Below are positions 9,675 to 19,454 of a stretch of 60,960 nt of DNA, piece by piece. Both the position numbers and the translations under genes were made by a program. The number at the start of each line of letters is the position of its first letter. The first letter of the stretch is position 1. Under the pieces are notes generated by a model, which worked only from the letters and a program-made list of their open reading frames with translations, was not told the DNA's origin and did no database searches. Origin of the DNA: Tidjanibacter massiliensis (GTDB lineage: Bacteria; Bacillota; Clostridia; Lachnospirales; Lachnospiraceae); assembly GCA_963661155.1 (NCBI GenBank), contig CAVLAW010000001.1, positions 1 to 60,960 of the forward strand, in the 5' to 3' direction.

Positions 9675-10008
9675 TGTTTTTACAACCTTCTCAAAATCCG
9701 ACGCCGGATGCTTGCACAGAAGACAGACAAAATCCTCCGGCAGCTCCTCGCCTACATATTCATATCCGCAGATCGTGCAGCGCCATACCGTCTGTCCGCA
9801 TTCTGACTCAGCACCGACACGGTAAATTCGCCTGTCCGCAGCACCATATCGTGCGTGTAATTCAGTTTATTCACACAGATACTCAGCTGATTCGGCTCCG
9901 ATGCTGCCCGAATGGCGGTGTTGATGATGCATCCGTTGTCCTTCTGTGCTTCCTTTGCCGTCAGCACAACAGACCGTAGCTCAGTTTGTACATCGCTTTT
10001 TTATCCAT
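9675..10008 (-). pseudogene. flavin reductase-rubredoxin remnant, originally in frame with rubrerythrin
   Basis: MDKKAMYKLSYGL start, then a frameshift, then [18 protein letters not shown] deletion leads to [17 protein letters not shown], which is in the rbr frame. Confidence 0.75.
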
Positions 10009-10010
10009 CC

Positions 10011-10406
10011 TCATTCCTCCGTTTCTTTTGCTTTGCACGCCGGGCAGATTCCTTTGAAGAAAATATCGTAATTCAAAAACTGCATGCCATGCGTGTCGTG
10101 GATTCTCTCACTCAGATCCGTCACCTCATCCATATCAACGTCGAAAATTTCTCCGCACCGGATGCATTCTACATGGTAATGATTTTTCAGCGTAAAGTCG
10201 AACCGGTCCGGTCCGTCCGGGACTTCCACTTTCCGGATCGCTCCCTCCTCCGCCAGAATGCCGAGGTTCCGATACACCGTTCCCTTTCCTATGGTAGGAT
10301 GATCTTTTTTGATAAATTCATACACTTCTTCCGCCGTCAGATGACGTTTCAGCCCCTGCACTGTCTGCAGAACCAGCTCTTTCTGAATCGTATTTCTTCG
10401 TTCCAT
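10011..10406 (-). CDS. perR: Fur family repressor, PerR-like
   Basis: HLTAEEVY, TVYRNL, HYHVECIRC and CPAC motifs; upstream of rbr; TTGACA-17-TATAAT promoter at about 10444-10472. Confidence 0.85.
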   Translation of the reverse strand: MERRNTIQKELVLQTVQGLKRHLTAEEVYEFIKKDHPTIGKGTVYRNLGILAEEGAIRKVEVPDGPDRFDFTLKNHYHVECIRCGEIFDVDMDEVTDLSERIHDTHGMQFLNYDIFFKGICPACKAKETEE

Positions 10407-10588
10407 GGCGTTCTCCTTATTAGGATCTTTTCTTATTTAGGATTATATATTAATTCTGGCATTTTGTCAATATATAAATGAAAAAACTCTCCATTGAAAA
10501 GCCCCTTCTTTGGTGATACAATGTGTTACAATGCTTATCAAAAGTTGCGTAATCTGGGGGACACTTATATACAAAGGAGAATTTTTTT

Positions 10589-11482
10589 ATGTTTCAGGTT
10601 TTTGTTGATTCAGCGGCAAATCTGCCTGCCGTTACCGCGAAAAAATACGATATCCATGTCGTTTCTTTCGTCAATCTTGTAAATGGAAAAGAACTGGTCT
10701 GCTACGATCCGGATCTGTCGCCGGAGGAGGAGCGTGCCAAAGGAAAAGAATACTATGATGCCATGCGCGCCGGCGCTGAAATCAAGACCGGACTCATCAG
10801 CACAGCAAATTTCGAAGATGCGTTCCGCACCGCTCTCGACGCGGGTCAGGATGTGATCTATTTTTCCTTAAGTAAAAACATCAGCGGAAATTATAACTCT
10901 GCAAGACTTGCTGCCGAGGAACTTCTGGAGGAATACGGCGGGAAACGCAGAATCCGCCTCGTCGATTCCCTCAACGCCTCTCTCGCTCAGGGTATCCTCG
11001 CCATTTATGCCAGCGAAATGCGCGACAAGGGCGTGGACGTAGATGAGGCCGCGGATCTCCTCGAAACCTACGTCGGCAAAATGAACGGCGTTTTCACTGT
11101 CGGCGACCTGAAATATCTTTCTCACACTGGAAGAATCAAGGGAAGCGTTGCACTCGTTGGAAACATGCTGAAAATCAAACCGATTCTGCGTGGAAACAAA
11201 GATGGCTACATCGTTTCTTATAAAAATGTCCGCGGACGTAAAGCCGTTCTAAACGAGCTCATCCACCTTTTCTGCGAAACCATCGAAGACCCGGAAAACC
11301 AGATCGTCGGAATCGCTCACGCGGATGCTTACGAGGATTCTCTTTATGTAATGGAAGAGATTCAGAAAAAAGTGAAAGTCCGTGATTTCATCAACACCTC
11401 CTACGACTACTGCACCGGCAGCCACGTCGGACCGGATACGATCGCACTGTTCTTTATGGCGAAAGACCGCGAGCTGCTTTAA
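10589..11482 (+). CDS. DegV family fatty-acid-binding protein
   Basis: VDSAANL, LSKNISG, DSLNAS and SHVGP motifs. Confidence 0.92.
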   Translation: MFQVFVDSAANLPAVTAKKYDIHVVSFVNLVNGKELVCYDPDLSPEEERAKGKEYYDAMRAGAEIKTGLISTANFEDAFRTALDAGQDVIYFSLSKNISGNYNSARLAAEELLEEYGGKRRIRLVDSLNASLAQGILAIYASEMRDKGVDVDEAADLLETYVGKMNGVFTVGDLKYLSHTGRIKGSVALVGNMLKIKPILRGNKDGYIVSYKNVRGRKAVLNELIHLFCETIEDPENQIVGIAHADAYEDSLYVMEEIQKKVKVRDFINTSYDYCTGSHVGPDTIALFFMAKDRELL

Positions 11483-11555
11483 ATCAAGATCGACGACAAA
11501 AAATGCGTGCCTGAAAGTTTCACACTCTCAGACACGCATTTTTTATGTTTTCGTC

Positions 11556-12323
11556 TTACTTCAGTTTTCCATACTCTTCATCCGATACCGGCTCGCACCA
11601 CTCGTTGGAGGTTTCCTCGCCGGATACTTCTACCGCAAGATGGCTGAACCAGCAATCCGGCGCTGCGCCGTGCCAGTGTTTTACGCCTGCCGGGATGTTG
11701 ATGCAGTCGCCTGGTTTCATTTCGATGGCTTCTTTGCCCTCTTCCTGGTAATAACCGCGTCCGGCAACGCAGACAAGGATCTGTCCGCCGCCGCTCTTTG
11801 CGTGATGGATATGCCAGTTGTTGCGGCAGCCCGGCTCGAAGGTTACGTTGAAGATGCCGACCTGGCTCGTGGATACCGGTGCGAGATAGCTCTTTCCGGA
11901 GAAATACTGTGCAAAACCGTCGTTCGGTGCACCGATCGGGAATACCATTTCTTTTGCATGCGCGCGCATCGCCTCGTCCTCATACGGAAGGTCGCCCTCA
12001 TTCACGCTCCAGACTTCCTTTGCCATATTGAAGACTGCCCATCCTTTCGGCCAGCCTGCATAGAAAGCAACGTGGGTGATGATCGCTGCAATTTCCTTCT
12101 GGGTAACGCCGTGTGCTTTTGCGTTCTGCAGATGGAATTTCAGAGAAGAATCGGTCACGCCGGATGCCATCAGGGCAACGACGGTGATGATGCTTCTTGT
12201 CTTTACGTCAATGTCTTCGTTATTCCAGTTCTCTCCGAAGAGAACATCGTCATTAAAATGAGCGAACTGCGGAGCAAACTCTCCGAGTGCGTTTCTTCCT
12301 GCTGTCTGTGTAATTTTTGCCAT
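11556..12323 (-). CDS. carboxymuconolactone decarboxylase family-cupin fusion protein
   Basis: CMD domain (NDDVLFG, AFYAGWP) plus cupin domain (NVTFEPGCRNNWHIH, KHWHGA). Confidence 0.9.
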   Translation of the reverse strand: MAKITQTAGRNALGEFAPQFAHFNDDVLFGENWNNEDIDVKTRSIITVVALMASGVTDSSLKFHLQNAKAHGVTQKEIAAIITHVAFYAGWPKGWAVFNMAKEVWSVNEGDLPYEDEAMRAHAKEMVFPIGAPNDGFAQYFSGKSYLAPVSTSQVGIFNVTFEPGCRNNWHIHHAKSGGGQILVCVAGRGYYQEEGKEAIEMKPGDCINIPAGVKHWHGAAPDCWFSHLAVEVSGEETSNEWCEPVSDEEYGKLK

Positions 12324-12434
12324 GATCCTATCCTCCTAGCATATTTTCTGGATTTATTATAGCGCTATCCGGCTTGCTATGTCTAATGCCTATATTTCAT
12401 GGCGTTTTATGCCTTTTGGGCAAAATCACAGCTT

Positions 12435-12761
12435 TCACTCATGCATTTCCTTATACGAAATTCCCCACTCCTCCATCGACTTGATAATCGGCCGCATGGA
12501 TTCACCGAAGTCGCTTAAAGCATATTCGACGCGCGGCGGCACCTCCGGGTACACGGTTCTGGTGATGATTCCATCGGCTTCCATCGAGCGGAGGCTGTCC
12601 GTCAGCACCTTCTGGCTGATGCCTTCCAGATCTTTTTTCAGTTCATTGAACCGCCACGGGCGCACAAGCAGATTTCGCATAATCAGAAGCTTCCATTTGC
12701 TTCCAATCAGAGAAACCGTCGTCGCCACTGGACATGCCGGCATTTCTTCTTTTGTTACCAT
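12435..12761 (-). CDS. HxlR family winged-HTH regulator
   Basis: CPV..T..LIGSKWK and YPEVPPRVEY motifs; start at the ATG after GGAGG. Confidence 0.92.
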   Translation of the reverse strand: MVTKEEMPACPVATTVSLIGSKWKLLIMRNLLVRPWRFNELKKDLEGISQKVLTDSLRSMEADGIITRTVYPEVPPRVEYALSDFGESMRPIIKSMEEWGISYKEMHE

Positions 12762-12904
12762 ACGCAATTCCTCCCAATCTTCAATTTTCATATTTTCAGC
12801 CATGTATATATGTCCTTTCGAGTTATAGTATTTCCCATAAAACAAAGAGTCTTCATACAATATTTTATCATATACTTGACTCATACGGATTGGTAGATTT
12901 TATT

Positions 12905-12933
12905 GCATAATTCCTCCCGTTTTCCACATACTA
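12905..12933 (+). promoter_or_regulatory. sigma-G-type forespore promoter of spoVT
   Basis: GCATA-17 bp-CATACTA. Confidence 0.7.
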
Positions 12934-12985
12934 CCCATACAGCACAAATTATGGAAAGTATGTGGAAACAGGAGGAATTTTTACT

Positions 12986-13537
12986 ATGAAAGCGACGGGA
13001 ATTGTTCGGAGGATTGATGATCTGGGGCGTGTAGTGGTTCCGAAGGAGATTCGGCGCACGATGCGGATTCGGGAGGGGCAGTCGATGGAGATTTATACGG
13101 GGCGGGAAGGGGAGATTATCTTAAAGAAATACTCTCCGATGGAGGAACTGGCGGAGTGTGCGGCGGGGTTTACGAAGTCGATTTCGGCGGTGACGGGGTG
13201 TCTCGTCTGTGTCTCGGATCAGGAACAGATTGTGGCGGCAAGCGGGCCGGAACAGAAAAGTTATCTTGGGAAGTCCATCAGCAGCCGGCTGGAAGAGGCG
13301 ATTTCTAACCGGAAAATGGTGATTGCGAAGCCCGGCGAAAAAGCTTATTTTTCAATTTTAGAAGATGATGGTGCCGCCCCTCCTCTGCCGGAGCTGATCT
13401 TTCCGATTCTCTCCTCAGGGGACGCCATCGGGTCGGTGATTCTCTGTGAAAAGAATAAAGAAACGATGCCGGATGAGGCCGAGAAAAAACTTCTGCAGGT
13501 GGCGGCGACGTATCTCGGGCGGGAGATGGAAAACTGA
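12986..13537 (+). CDS. spoVT: stage V sporulation protein T (AbrB domain plus GAF)
   Basis: MKATGIVRRIDDLGRVVVPKEIRRT N-terminus; GDAIGSV motif. Confidence 0.93.
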   Translation: MKATGIVRRIDDLGRVVVPKEIRRTMRIREGQSMEIYTGREGEIILKKYSPMEELAECAAGFTKSISAVTGCLVCVSDQEQIVAASGPEQKSYLGKSISSRLEEAISNRKMVIAKPGEKAYFSILEDDGAAPPLPELIFPILSSGDAIGSVILCEKNKETMPDEAEKKLLQVAATYLGREMEN

Positions 13538-13705
13538 AAAACGACGAAATCCTACAGGCTTTTTGTATGGTCCGCTCTGGTCATGCAAAAAGCCTTATTC
13601 TGCCGGTATTATCCTAAATTTAACTTGCCTTTTCCATGCCCATTGTCTACAATAAAAACGACGCACTTTTCAACCGTCTACTACATAAGGAGGAATTTCC
13701 ATTCT

Positions 13706-14650
13706 ATGAAATACATTGCAAAGAAATTCGGCTCCCTCATTCTGACGCTGCTTCTCGTCTCGTTTTTATCCTTCTTCGCCTTTTCGGTGATCCCTGGAGA
13801 CGCGGCGAAATCGCAGCTGGGAACGGAGGCGACGCCGGAGCGGATTGAGGCTCTGCAGAAAGAGATGGGACTGGACCGGCCGGTTCTCGAACGGTATGCG
13901 TCGTGGGTAGCCGGCTTTTTTCACGGCGATCTCGGCACATCGTACTCGTACTCCATGCCGGTCAGCGACCTGATCCGCGATAAAGTTCCGATTACGATCA
14001 CCATCACCATCATCGCCTTTCTGATGATCCTTGTCGTCTCGATCCCGATCGGCATTTTCACGACACAGCACGCCGGGGGGCATCTCGACCGGCTGATCAT
14101 GACCATCAACCAGGTCATCATGTCCGTCCCGGGCTTTTTCATCGGCATCGTGATTACATACGTCTTCGGTCTGATTCTCAAATGGTTCCAGCCCGGTGCC
14201 TACGTTTCGATCTCTGAGAATTTTTCCGGCTTTGTCGGCTATCTTATTGCACCGTCTGCCGCCATCGCTCTTCCGCGCTGTGCCATGGCAGTCAAAATGC
14301 TGCGCAGCTCCTTGCTCTCACAGATGGATGCCGACTACGTGCGCACCGCCTATTCCCGCGGAAACAGCGCGCGCCGTGTCATGTATCACCATGTGCTGAA
14401 AAACGCCTTGATCCCGGTACTGACCTTCTGGGGCATGACGATCGCCGATATTGTGGCAAACAGCATTATTCTGGAACAGGTTTTCTCGATTCCGGGCATG
14501 GGCAGCCTTCTGATCACCTCGATCTCCAACCGCGATTACCCCGTGGTGCAGGGCATCCTTGTACTGATCGCCGCACTCGTTATCATCATCAACTTCGCAG
14601 TTGATCTGCTGTACGGCAGAATCGACCCGCGGATCCGCGTAAAAGACTGA
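13706..14650 (+). CDS. peptide/nickel ABC transporter permease (DppB-like)
   Basis: IPGD, GDLGTSY, DYVRTA..RG and RDYPVVQG motifs. Confidence 0.93.
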   Translation: MKYIAKKFGSLILTLLLVSFLSFFAFSVIPGDAAKSQLGTEATPERIEALQKEMGLDRPVLERYASWVAGFFHGDLGTSYSYSMPVSDLIRDKVPITITITIIAFLMILVVSIPIGIFTTQHAGGHLDRLIMTINQVIMSVPGFFIGIVITYVFGLILKWFQPGAYVSISENFSGFVGYLIAPSAAIALPRCAMAVKMLRSSLLSQMDADYVRTAYSRGNSARRVMYHHVLKNALIPVLTFWGMTIADIVANSIILEQVFSIPGMGSLLITSISNRDYPVVQGILVLIAALVIIINFAVDLLYGRIDPRIRVKD

Positions 14651-14667
14651 AAGGAGCTTTATCGATC

Positions 14668-15471
14668 ATGAAAAAGAAACGCAATCTCACTCTGATCATC
14701 GGAGCTGCCATCACAGCCTTTATGCTTCTGTTCCTTCTAGTCGGATTTTTCTACACACCGTATGATCCCGACGCGATGAACGGAGCTGTCAAATTTGCCG
14801 CACCGTCTCTGTCGCATCCGTTCGGTTGTGACCATTTCGGGCGTGATATTTTCAGCCGCATTTTAAAGGGAACCGGCACGACGTTCTTCGTCGCCATTGC
14901 CACACTGTTGCTCAGCGGAACCATCGGCATTCTCGTCGGTGCCTTCACCGGGTATTTCGGCGGATGGATCGATGAAGTTCTGATGCGTGTCAACGACGTC
15001 ATCGTCTCCTTTCCGGGTATCCTGCTGGCGCTCGTGTTTATCGCACTGCTCGGTCCCGGCAAGTACAATGTAATTCTTGCGCTCGGCATCGTCTTTATTC
15101 CGAGTTTTGCCCGTGTCACGCGAAGTGAATTTCTCGCACGGCGGGATATGGATTATGTCAAAAGTGCCCGCCTGATGGGTGTCTCGCATCTTCGGATTAT
15201 GTTCGTACATATTCTGCCGAACGCCGTTCCGTCGCTTCTTTCCATGGCGGCCATCGGCTTCAACAATGCTGTTCTCTCCGAGGCCGGCATGAGCTTTCTC
15301 GGCATCGGTGTGCAGCCGCCGGACGCCTCGCTTGGACGCATGCTCTCGGAATCCCAGATCTATCTGATGACGGCTCCGTGGGGCGCGATTTTCCCGGGAC
15401 TTGCCGTGATTCTGCTGGCACTCGGCGTGTCGCTCCTCGGGGACGGATTACAGAAGAAAGGCGGTAACTGA
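14668..15471 (+). CDS. peptide/nickel ABC transporter permease (DppC-like)
   Basis: HPFGCDHFGRD and EAGMSFLGIG motifs. Confidence 0.93.
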   Translation: MKKKRNLTLIIGAAITAFMLLFLLVGFFYTPYDPDAMNGAVKFAAPSLSHPFGCDHFGRDIFSRILKGTGTTFFVAIATLLLSGTIGILVGAFTGYFGGWIDEVLMRVNDVIVSFPGILLALVFIALLGPGKYNVILALGIVFIPSFARVTRSEFLARRDMDYVKSARLMGVSHLRIMFVHILPNAVPSLLSMAAIGFNNAVLSEAGMSFLGIGVQPPDASLGRMLSESQIYLMTAPWGAIFPGLAVILLALGVSLLGDGLQKKGGN

Positions 15472-15472
15472 T

Positions 15473-16288
15473 ATGGCACTTCTCGATGTACGTGATTTAA
15501 AAATTTCGTTTTACGATACCACGCCGCCGACGGAAGTTGTAAAAGGGATTTCCTTTTCGCTCGAGAAAGGCGAGACGCTCGGCATTGTCGGGGAGTCCGG
15601 CTCTGGAAAGACGCAGACGGCGCTCTCGATTCTGCAGCTTTTGAAAGAAAACTCTGCGGTCTCCGGCGGAGAAATTCTCTATGAAGGGGCCTCCGTGGCG
15701 CATGCTTCGAAAGATGATCTGCAGCACATCCGCGGAAAGGAAATCAGCATGATTTTTCAGGAGCCGATGACTTCGCTGAATCCGGTTCTCACGATTGAGG
15801 AACAGATCGCGGAGGGACTGCAGATCCATGGGAACTGCACTCCGGCGGAACGCCATGAGAAAGTCCTTGCGATGATGCGCGAGGTCGAACTTCCTGATCC
15901 GGAAGTGCTGTGCAGAAAGTATCCGCATCAGCTTTCCGGCGGCCAGCGGCAGCGTGTGATGATTGCCGCGGCGCTTATTACCGAACCGAAGCTGCTGATT
16001 GCCGACGAGCCGACGACGGCGCTTGATGTGACAATTCAGTCGCAGATTCTGAAGCTGCTAAAAAAGATCAACGAACGCCATCACACGGCGATTCTTTTTA
16101 TCTCGCATGACCTCGGCGTCATCCGTTCTCTCTGTGACCGGGTGATCGTCATGAATCATGGAACGATTGTGGAGTCCGGCAGTGTGGATGATGTTTTTTT
16201 CCATCCGAAGGAAGACTACACCCGACGCCTGCTCGATGCGATTCCAAATCGGCGCACGTCGCTGCGGAAACGAAAAAAGGAGGCCTGA
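15473..16288 (+). CDS. peptide ABC transporter ATP-binding protein (DppD-like)
   Basis: [16 protein letters not shown] and DEPTTALD motifs. Confidence 0.95.
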   Translation: MALLDVRDLKISFYDTTPPTEVVKGISFSLEKGETLGIVGESGSGKTQTALSILQLLKENSAVSGGEILYEGASVAHASKDDLQHIRGKEISMIFQEPMTSLNPVLTIEEQIAEGLQIHGNCTPAERHEKVLAMMREVELPDPEVLCRKYPHQLSGGQRQRVMIAAALITEPKLLIADEPTTALDVTIQSQILKLLKKINERHHTAILFISHDLGVIRSLCDRVIVMNHGTIVESGSVDDVFFHPKEDYTRRLLDAIPNRRTSLRKRKKEA

Positions 16289-16291
16289 CTT

Positions 16292-17023
16292 ATGCGTGAA
16301 ATTGATCCGAAAAATGTTCTGGAAGTCTGCCATATTTCTGCCTCCTATCAGGAAGGAAAAGTAAAAAAGCAAGTGCTCCACGATGTCTCTTTTGAGCTGC
16401 ACGAGAACGAAATCTTAGGACTCGTGGGCGAGAGCGGATGCGGAAAATCAACGCTCTCCAAAGTGATCTTAGGCTTCATCCCGCCGGATGAGGGCGAAGT
16501 CATCTCGCAGGTTGACCATCCGCAGATGATTTTTCAGGATCCGTTTTCTTCTCTGAATCCGGCGAAGAAAATCTCCTGGATTCTGGAAGAACCGCTTCGG
16601 ATGCAGAAAGTGCCGAAAGAGGAACGGAAAAAACGTGTTCTTGCAATGGCAGAAAAGGTCGGCCTCTCCGCCGAGCATCTGAACCGCCGCCCGCATGAGC
16701 TTTCCGGCGGTCAGCGCCAGAGAGTCAGCATTGCGGCCGCACTGATCCAGGGTTCCCGCCTGATTCTCGCTGATGAGCCGGTGTCCGCGCTCGATGTGAC
16801 GATTCAGAAGCAGATCATGGAACTGATGGTTCAGCTTCAGGAGGAACTTCATCTCTCAATTCTTTTTATCTCCCACGATCTCAACGTCATCTACCAGATG
16901 TGCGACCGGGTTCTTGTAATGAAAGAGGGACGGATTGTGGAGAGTGAGGAAACGGAAGAGCTGTTTGCGCATCCGCAGAATGAATACACGAAAGAGCTTC
17001 TGGCGGCATCGCCGGAGCTGTAA
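16292..17023 (+). CDS. peptide ABC transporter ATP-binding protein (DppF-like)
   Basis: [16 protein letters not shown] and DEPVSALD motifs. Confidence 0.95.
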   Translation: MREIDPKNVLEVCHISASYQEGKVKKQVLHDVSFELHENEILGLVGESGCGKSTLSKVILGFIPPDEGEVISQVDHPQMIFQDPFSSLNPAKKISWILEEPLRMQKVPKEERKKRVLAMAEKVGLSAEHLNRRPHELSGGQRQRVSIAAALIQGSRLILADEPVSALDVTIQKQIMELMVQLQEELHLSILFISHDLNVIYQMCDRVLVMKEGRIVESEETEELFAHPQNEYTKELLAASPEL

Positions 17024-17040
17024 ATACAGGAACCAGTTTA

Positions 17041-17104
17041 AAAAATCCCGACAGCGGTTTTCCACGATAAGGTGGATGCAAAACCGTCTGCCGGGATTTT
17101 TTTT
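17041..17104 (+). terminator. intrinsic terminator of the dpp operon
   Basis: AAAAATCCCG...CGGGATTTTTTT. Confidence 0.75.
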
Positions 17105-17117
17105 ATTTCTTATAATT

Positions 17118-17295
17118 CTATGATACCAGTGTCAAAAGGTCGGAAATCCGACGCAAGCAAAGCTTGCAGGAGGATTTTTGAACTTGGGACACGACAAAAC
17201 ATGAGTAAGTAGCCATTTTTCAAAGAAAAATGAGCGGATTACGAATGTTTTGAAGATTGCGGGAGTACGAAGTACGGAGCAATCTGGTATCATAG
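17118..17295 (+). repeat. dispersed ~175 bp REP/MITE-like element, copy 1
   Basis: 12-bp terminal inverted repeat CTATGATACCAG/CTGGTATCATAG; near-identical reverse-complement copy at 43834-44005. Confidence 0.85.
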
Positions 17296-17327
17296 GTGTC
17301 AAAAGACCTTTTGACACCCACCTCATT

Positions 17328-18311
17328 CTATTTCCAGCACTCCTTGAATACGCGGAGCACATTCTTCGAAAAGACCTTCTCGATCTCTCCATCTGTAAAG
17401 CCTTCTCTGCTCATCACATCCGCGAGATGCTGCATATGTGCGGTGTCCGGCACATCGGTTTCGCCGTCAAAGCCGTCAAAATCAGTTCCAAGTCCGATGA
17501 TGTCGATGCCGCCGACCTTGCGCAGATACTTCATATGGCGCACCATATCCATCGTCGATGCTTTTTCCGCCTCCGGCTCCTCCTCGCGCAGGAATGCCGG
17601 GCAGAAGTTGATGCCGGTCACACCGCCGCGCTCTGCGATCTGGCGGATCATCTCATCCGAAAGGTTCCGCAGATGGAAGCATTCACCGCGCGCATTGGAA
17701 TGGGACGCGATGATCGGGCCTCTTGTATGTGCGAAAACATCGCGGATTCCGGCATCGTTTAAATGCGACAGATCGATCACGATGCCGAGCCGCTCCATCT
17801 CCTCGACAAAGGCAATTCCGGTCGGCGTCAGTCCGTTTTCCAGATCCGGGAGATACGGTTTTCCCGCCTCCTGTGCCGGGTTCGGGAAACCAAGCTCATT
17901 CGGGAAATTCCAGGTCAGCGTGGAAATCCGCACGCCGAGATCGTACAGCGTGTGCAGCTTCTCGATGCTGCCCTCGTAAACGCCGCCCTCTTCGACTGTC
18001 ATCACCGCACCGATTTTTCCTTCCCGCTGCACCTGCATCAGATCCTCATACGTCTTCACCTGACGAATCCGGTCCGGGTACCGCTCCACCTCTGATTTCC
18101 AGAGATCAATCAGCTTCCTCACATGCTCATACGGTGTCTCGTTTTTCAGTCCCTTCAGGAACGTAAACAGCGAAAAACACTGACACAGACTGCCGCCCTT
18201 CTCCAGCTTTTCCAGATTAATCTGAAGATCCGCATCCGCAAGATGCTCCTGCTTTTCCCTCCACTGCAGCGCCGGAATGGTGTCGCAGTGCATATCAATT
18301 ACCTGAAACAT
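17328..18311 (-). CDS. membrane dipeptidase (peptidase M19)
   Basis: IDMHCDT, TLTWN, IDLSH, ASHSN and GTDFDG motifs. Confidence 0.93.
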   Translation of the reverse strand: MFQVIDMHCDTIPALQWREKQEHLADADLQINLEKLEKGGSLCQCFSLFTFLKGLKNETPYEHVRKLIDLWKSEVERYPDRIRQVKTYEDLMQVQREGKIGAVMTVEEGGVYEGSIEKLHTLYDLGVRISTLTWNFPNELGFPNPAQEAGKPYLPDLENGLTPTGIAFVEEMERLGIVIDLSHLNDAGIRDVFAHTRGPIIASHSNARGECFHLRNLSDEMIRQIAERGGVTGINFCPAFLREEEPEAEKASTMDMVRHMKYLRKVGGIDIIGLGTDFDGFDGETDVPDTAHMQHLADVMSREGFTDGEIEKVFSKNVLRVFKECWK

Positions 18312-18479
18312 GGTAGTATCCTCTTTTCTGTTTTTTTCTATTCTATCATACTTCGCTGCATTCCTGCGCAAAAACTGTAAGAAAACAGAAAAAACCGCCT
18401 GGCTCATGGTAAATCCATAAGCCAGACGACTGATCCGCACTGCATTCTAAAGTTCAAAATTTTTCATACCACCGACACT

Positions 18480-19334
18480 TTACTGCACAGCCATCGCATT
18501 CTCTGCCAGCCATTCCTGCACCGTGTCAACATTCATTTTTACTGCCTGGGCAATCTGTTCGGGGGATAATCCCATTTCCGAAAGTGAAACGGCAGTTTCC
18601 CTGGCTTTCTCTAATTTTCCCTCACTATAACCCTCATCCCAAATTTCATCTTTGAATTCATTCAGTAACTCATCCATTTCACGACACATCATCTTCACCC
18701 CTTTCTCCGTATTTTTCAATTCATCTACCCGTTCTGCAAGAACTTTACTATACATCTCTTTTGCATCCTTACAATACAAGTCATGCATCAGCCGCCCCAG
18801 TTCTGTATCTTCCTGTCGCTTGGAATTTACATAAATAATATGGGCTTCATCCTGAAAAGTTTCTCCGGTTTCCGCTATTTTCCTATCCATATGATAAATG
18901 GGAAGTCCGCGGCCGAGTATATCACTTTTCGTAATGAAAATCACATAGCTCTCCGGGAGTTCATCAAAATCCTCTCCGGGATTTAATGTGTTCATGTCCA
19001 TCAGACCGCTGTAGTATCTTGCTCTTTTCGGAGATGCACCTTCCGTGTCCTGCTGAATTTCCACATCAATCTGCCGTCCTTTAGAATCCTGAACCACACA
19101 GTCCAGAATTGCGGAACGACCCTGCAGATTCTTGTAATCCTTCTGGAGAACCTGGTCAACGATTTTCAGATCTTTTTTCTCCATGATGACCTGCAAAACA
19201 TATTCTGTACATTCCTGCTTCTTGAATACATTTCTCATGAGCACATCACTCATAATGGTAAGCTCTTTTAAAGTTTCCTGATATCTTTGGTAGCGTGCTT
19301 CCAGTCTCTCTGTTTTTCTGTTTTCTTTCGACGT
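18480..19334 (-). CDS. Rpn family PD-(D/E)XK nuclease / putative transposase
   Basis: SD..M..VF, ILDCV, DVEIQ, RARYY and YVIFI motifs. The frame is open upstream of ATG 19253 to an ACG at 19334 that follows an SD-like sequence. Confidence 0.85.
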   Translation of the reverse strand, partial: TSKENRKTERLEARYQRYQETLKELTIMSDVLMRNVFKKQECTEYVLQVIMEKKDLKIVDQVLQKDYKNLQGRSAILDCVVQDSKGRQIDVEIQQDTEGASPKRARYYSGLMDMNTLNPGEDFDELPESYVIFITKSDILGRGLPIYHMDRKIAETGETFQDEAHIIYVNSKRQEDTELGRLMHDLYCKDAKEMYSKVLAERVDELKNTEKGVKMMCREMDELLNEFKDEIWDEGYSEGKLEKARETAVSLSEMGLSPEQIAQAVKMNVDTVQEWLAENAMAVQ

Positions 19335-19454
19335 TTTACCTTTCCTCCATTCTTTTGTAATGTCAGAAGAAGCCAGAACGTCTCTGTATCCGAATTATGT
19401 TCTGTTTTTATCCTACCATGAAAGTCAGACTTTCTCAAGTCAGGAAACTATATT

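Noticed and set aside
18480..19334. Rpn gene as an IS element
   Set aside because: No terminal inverted repeats or target duplication are visible, and the family is not shown to be a true transposase.
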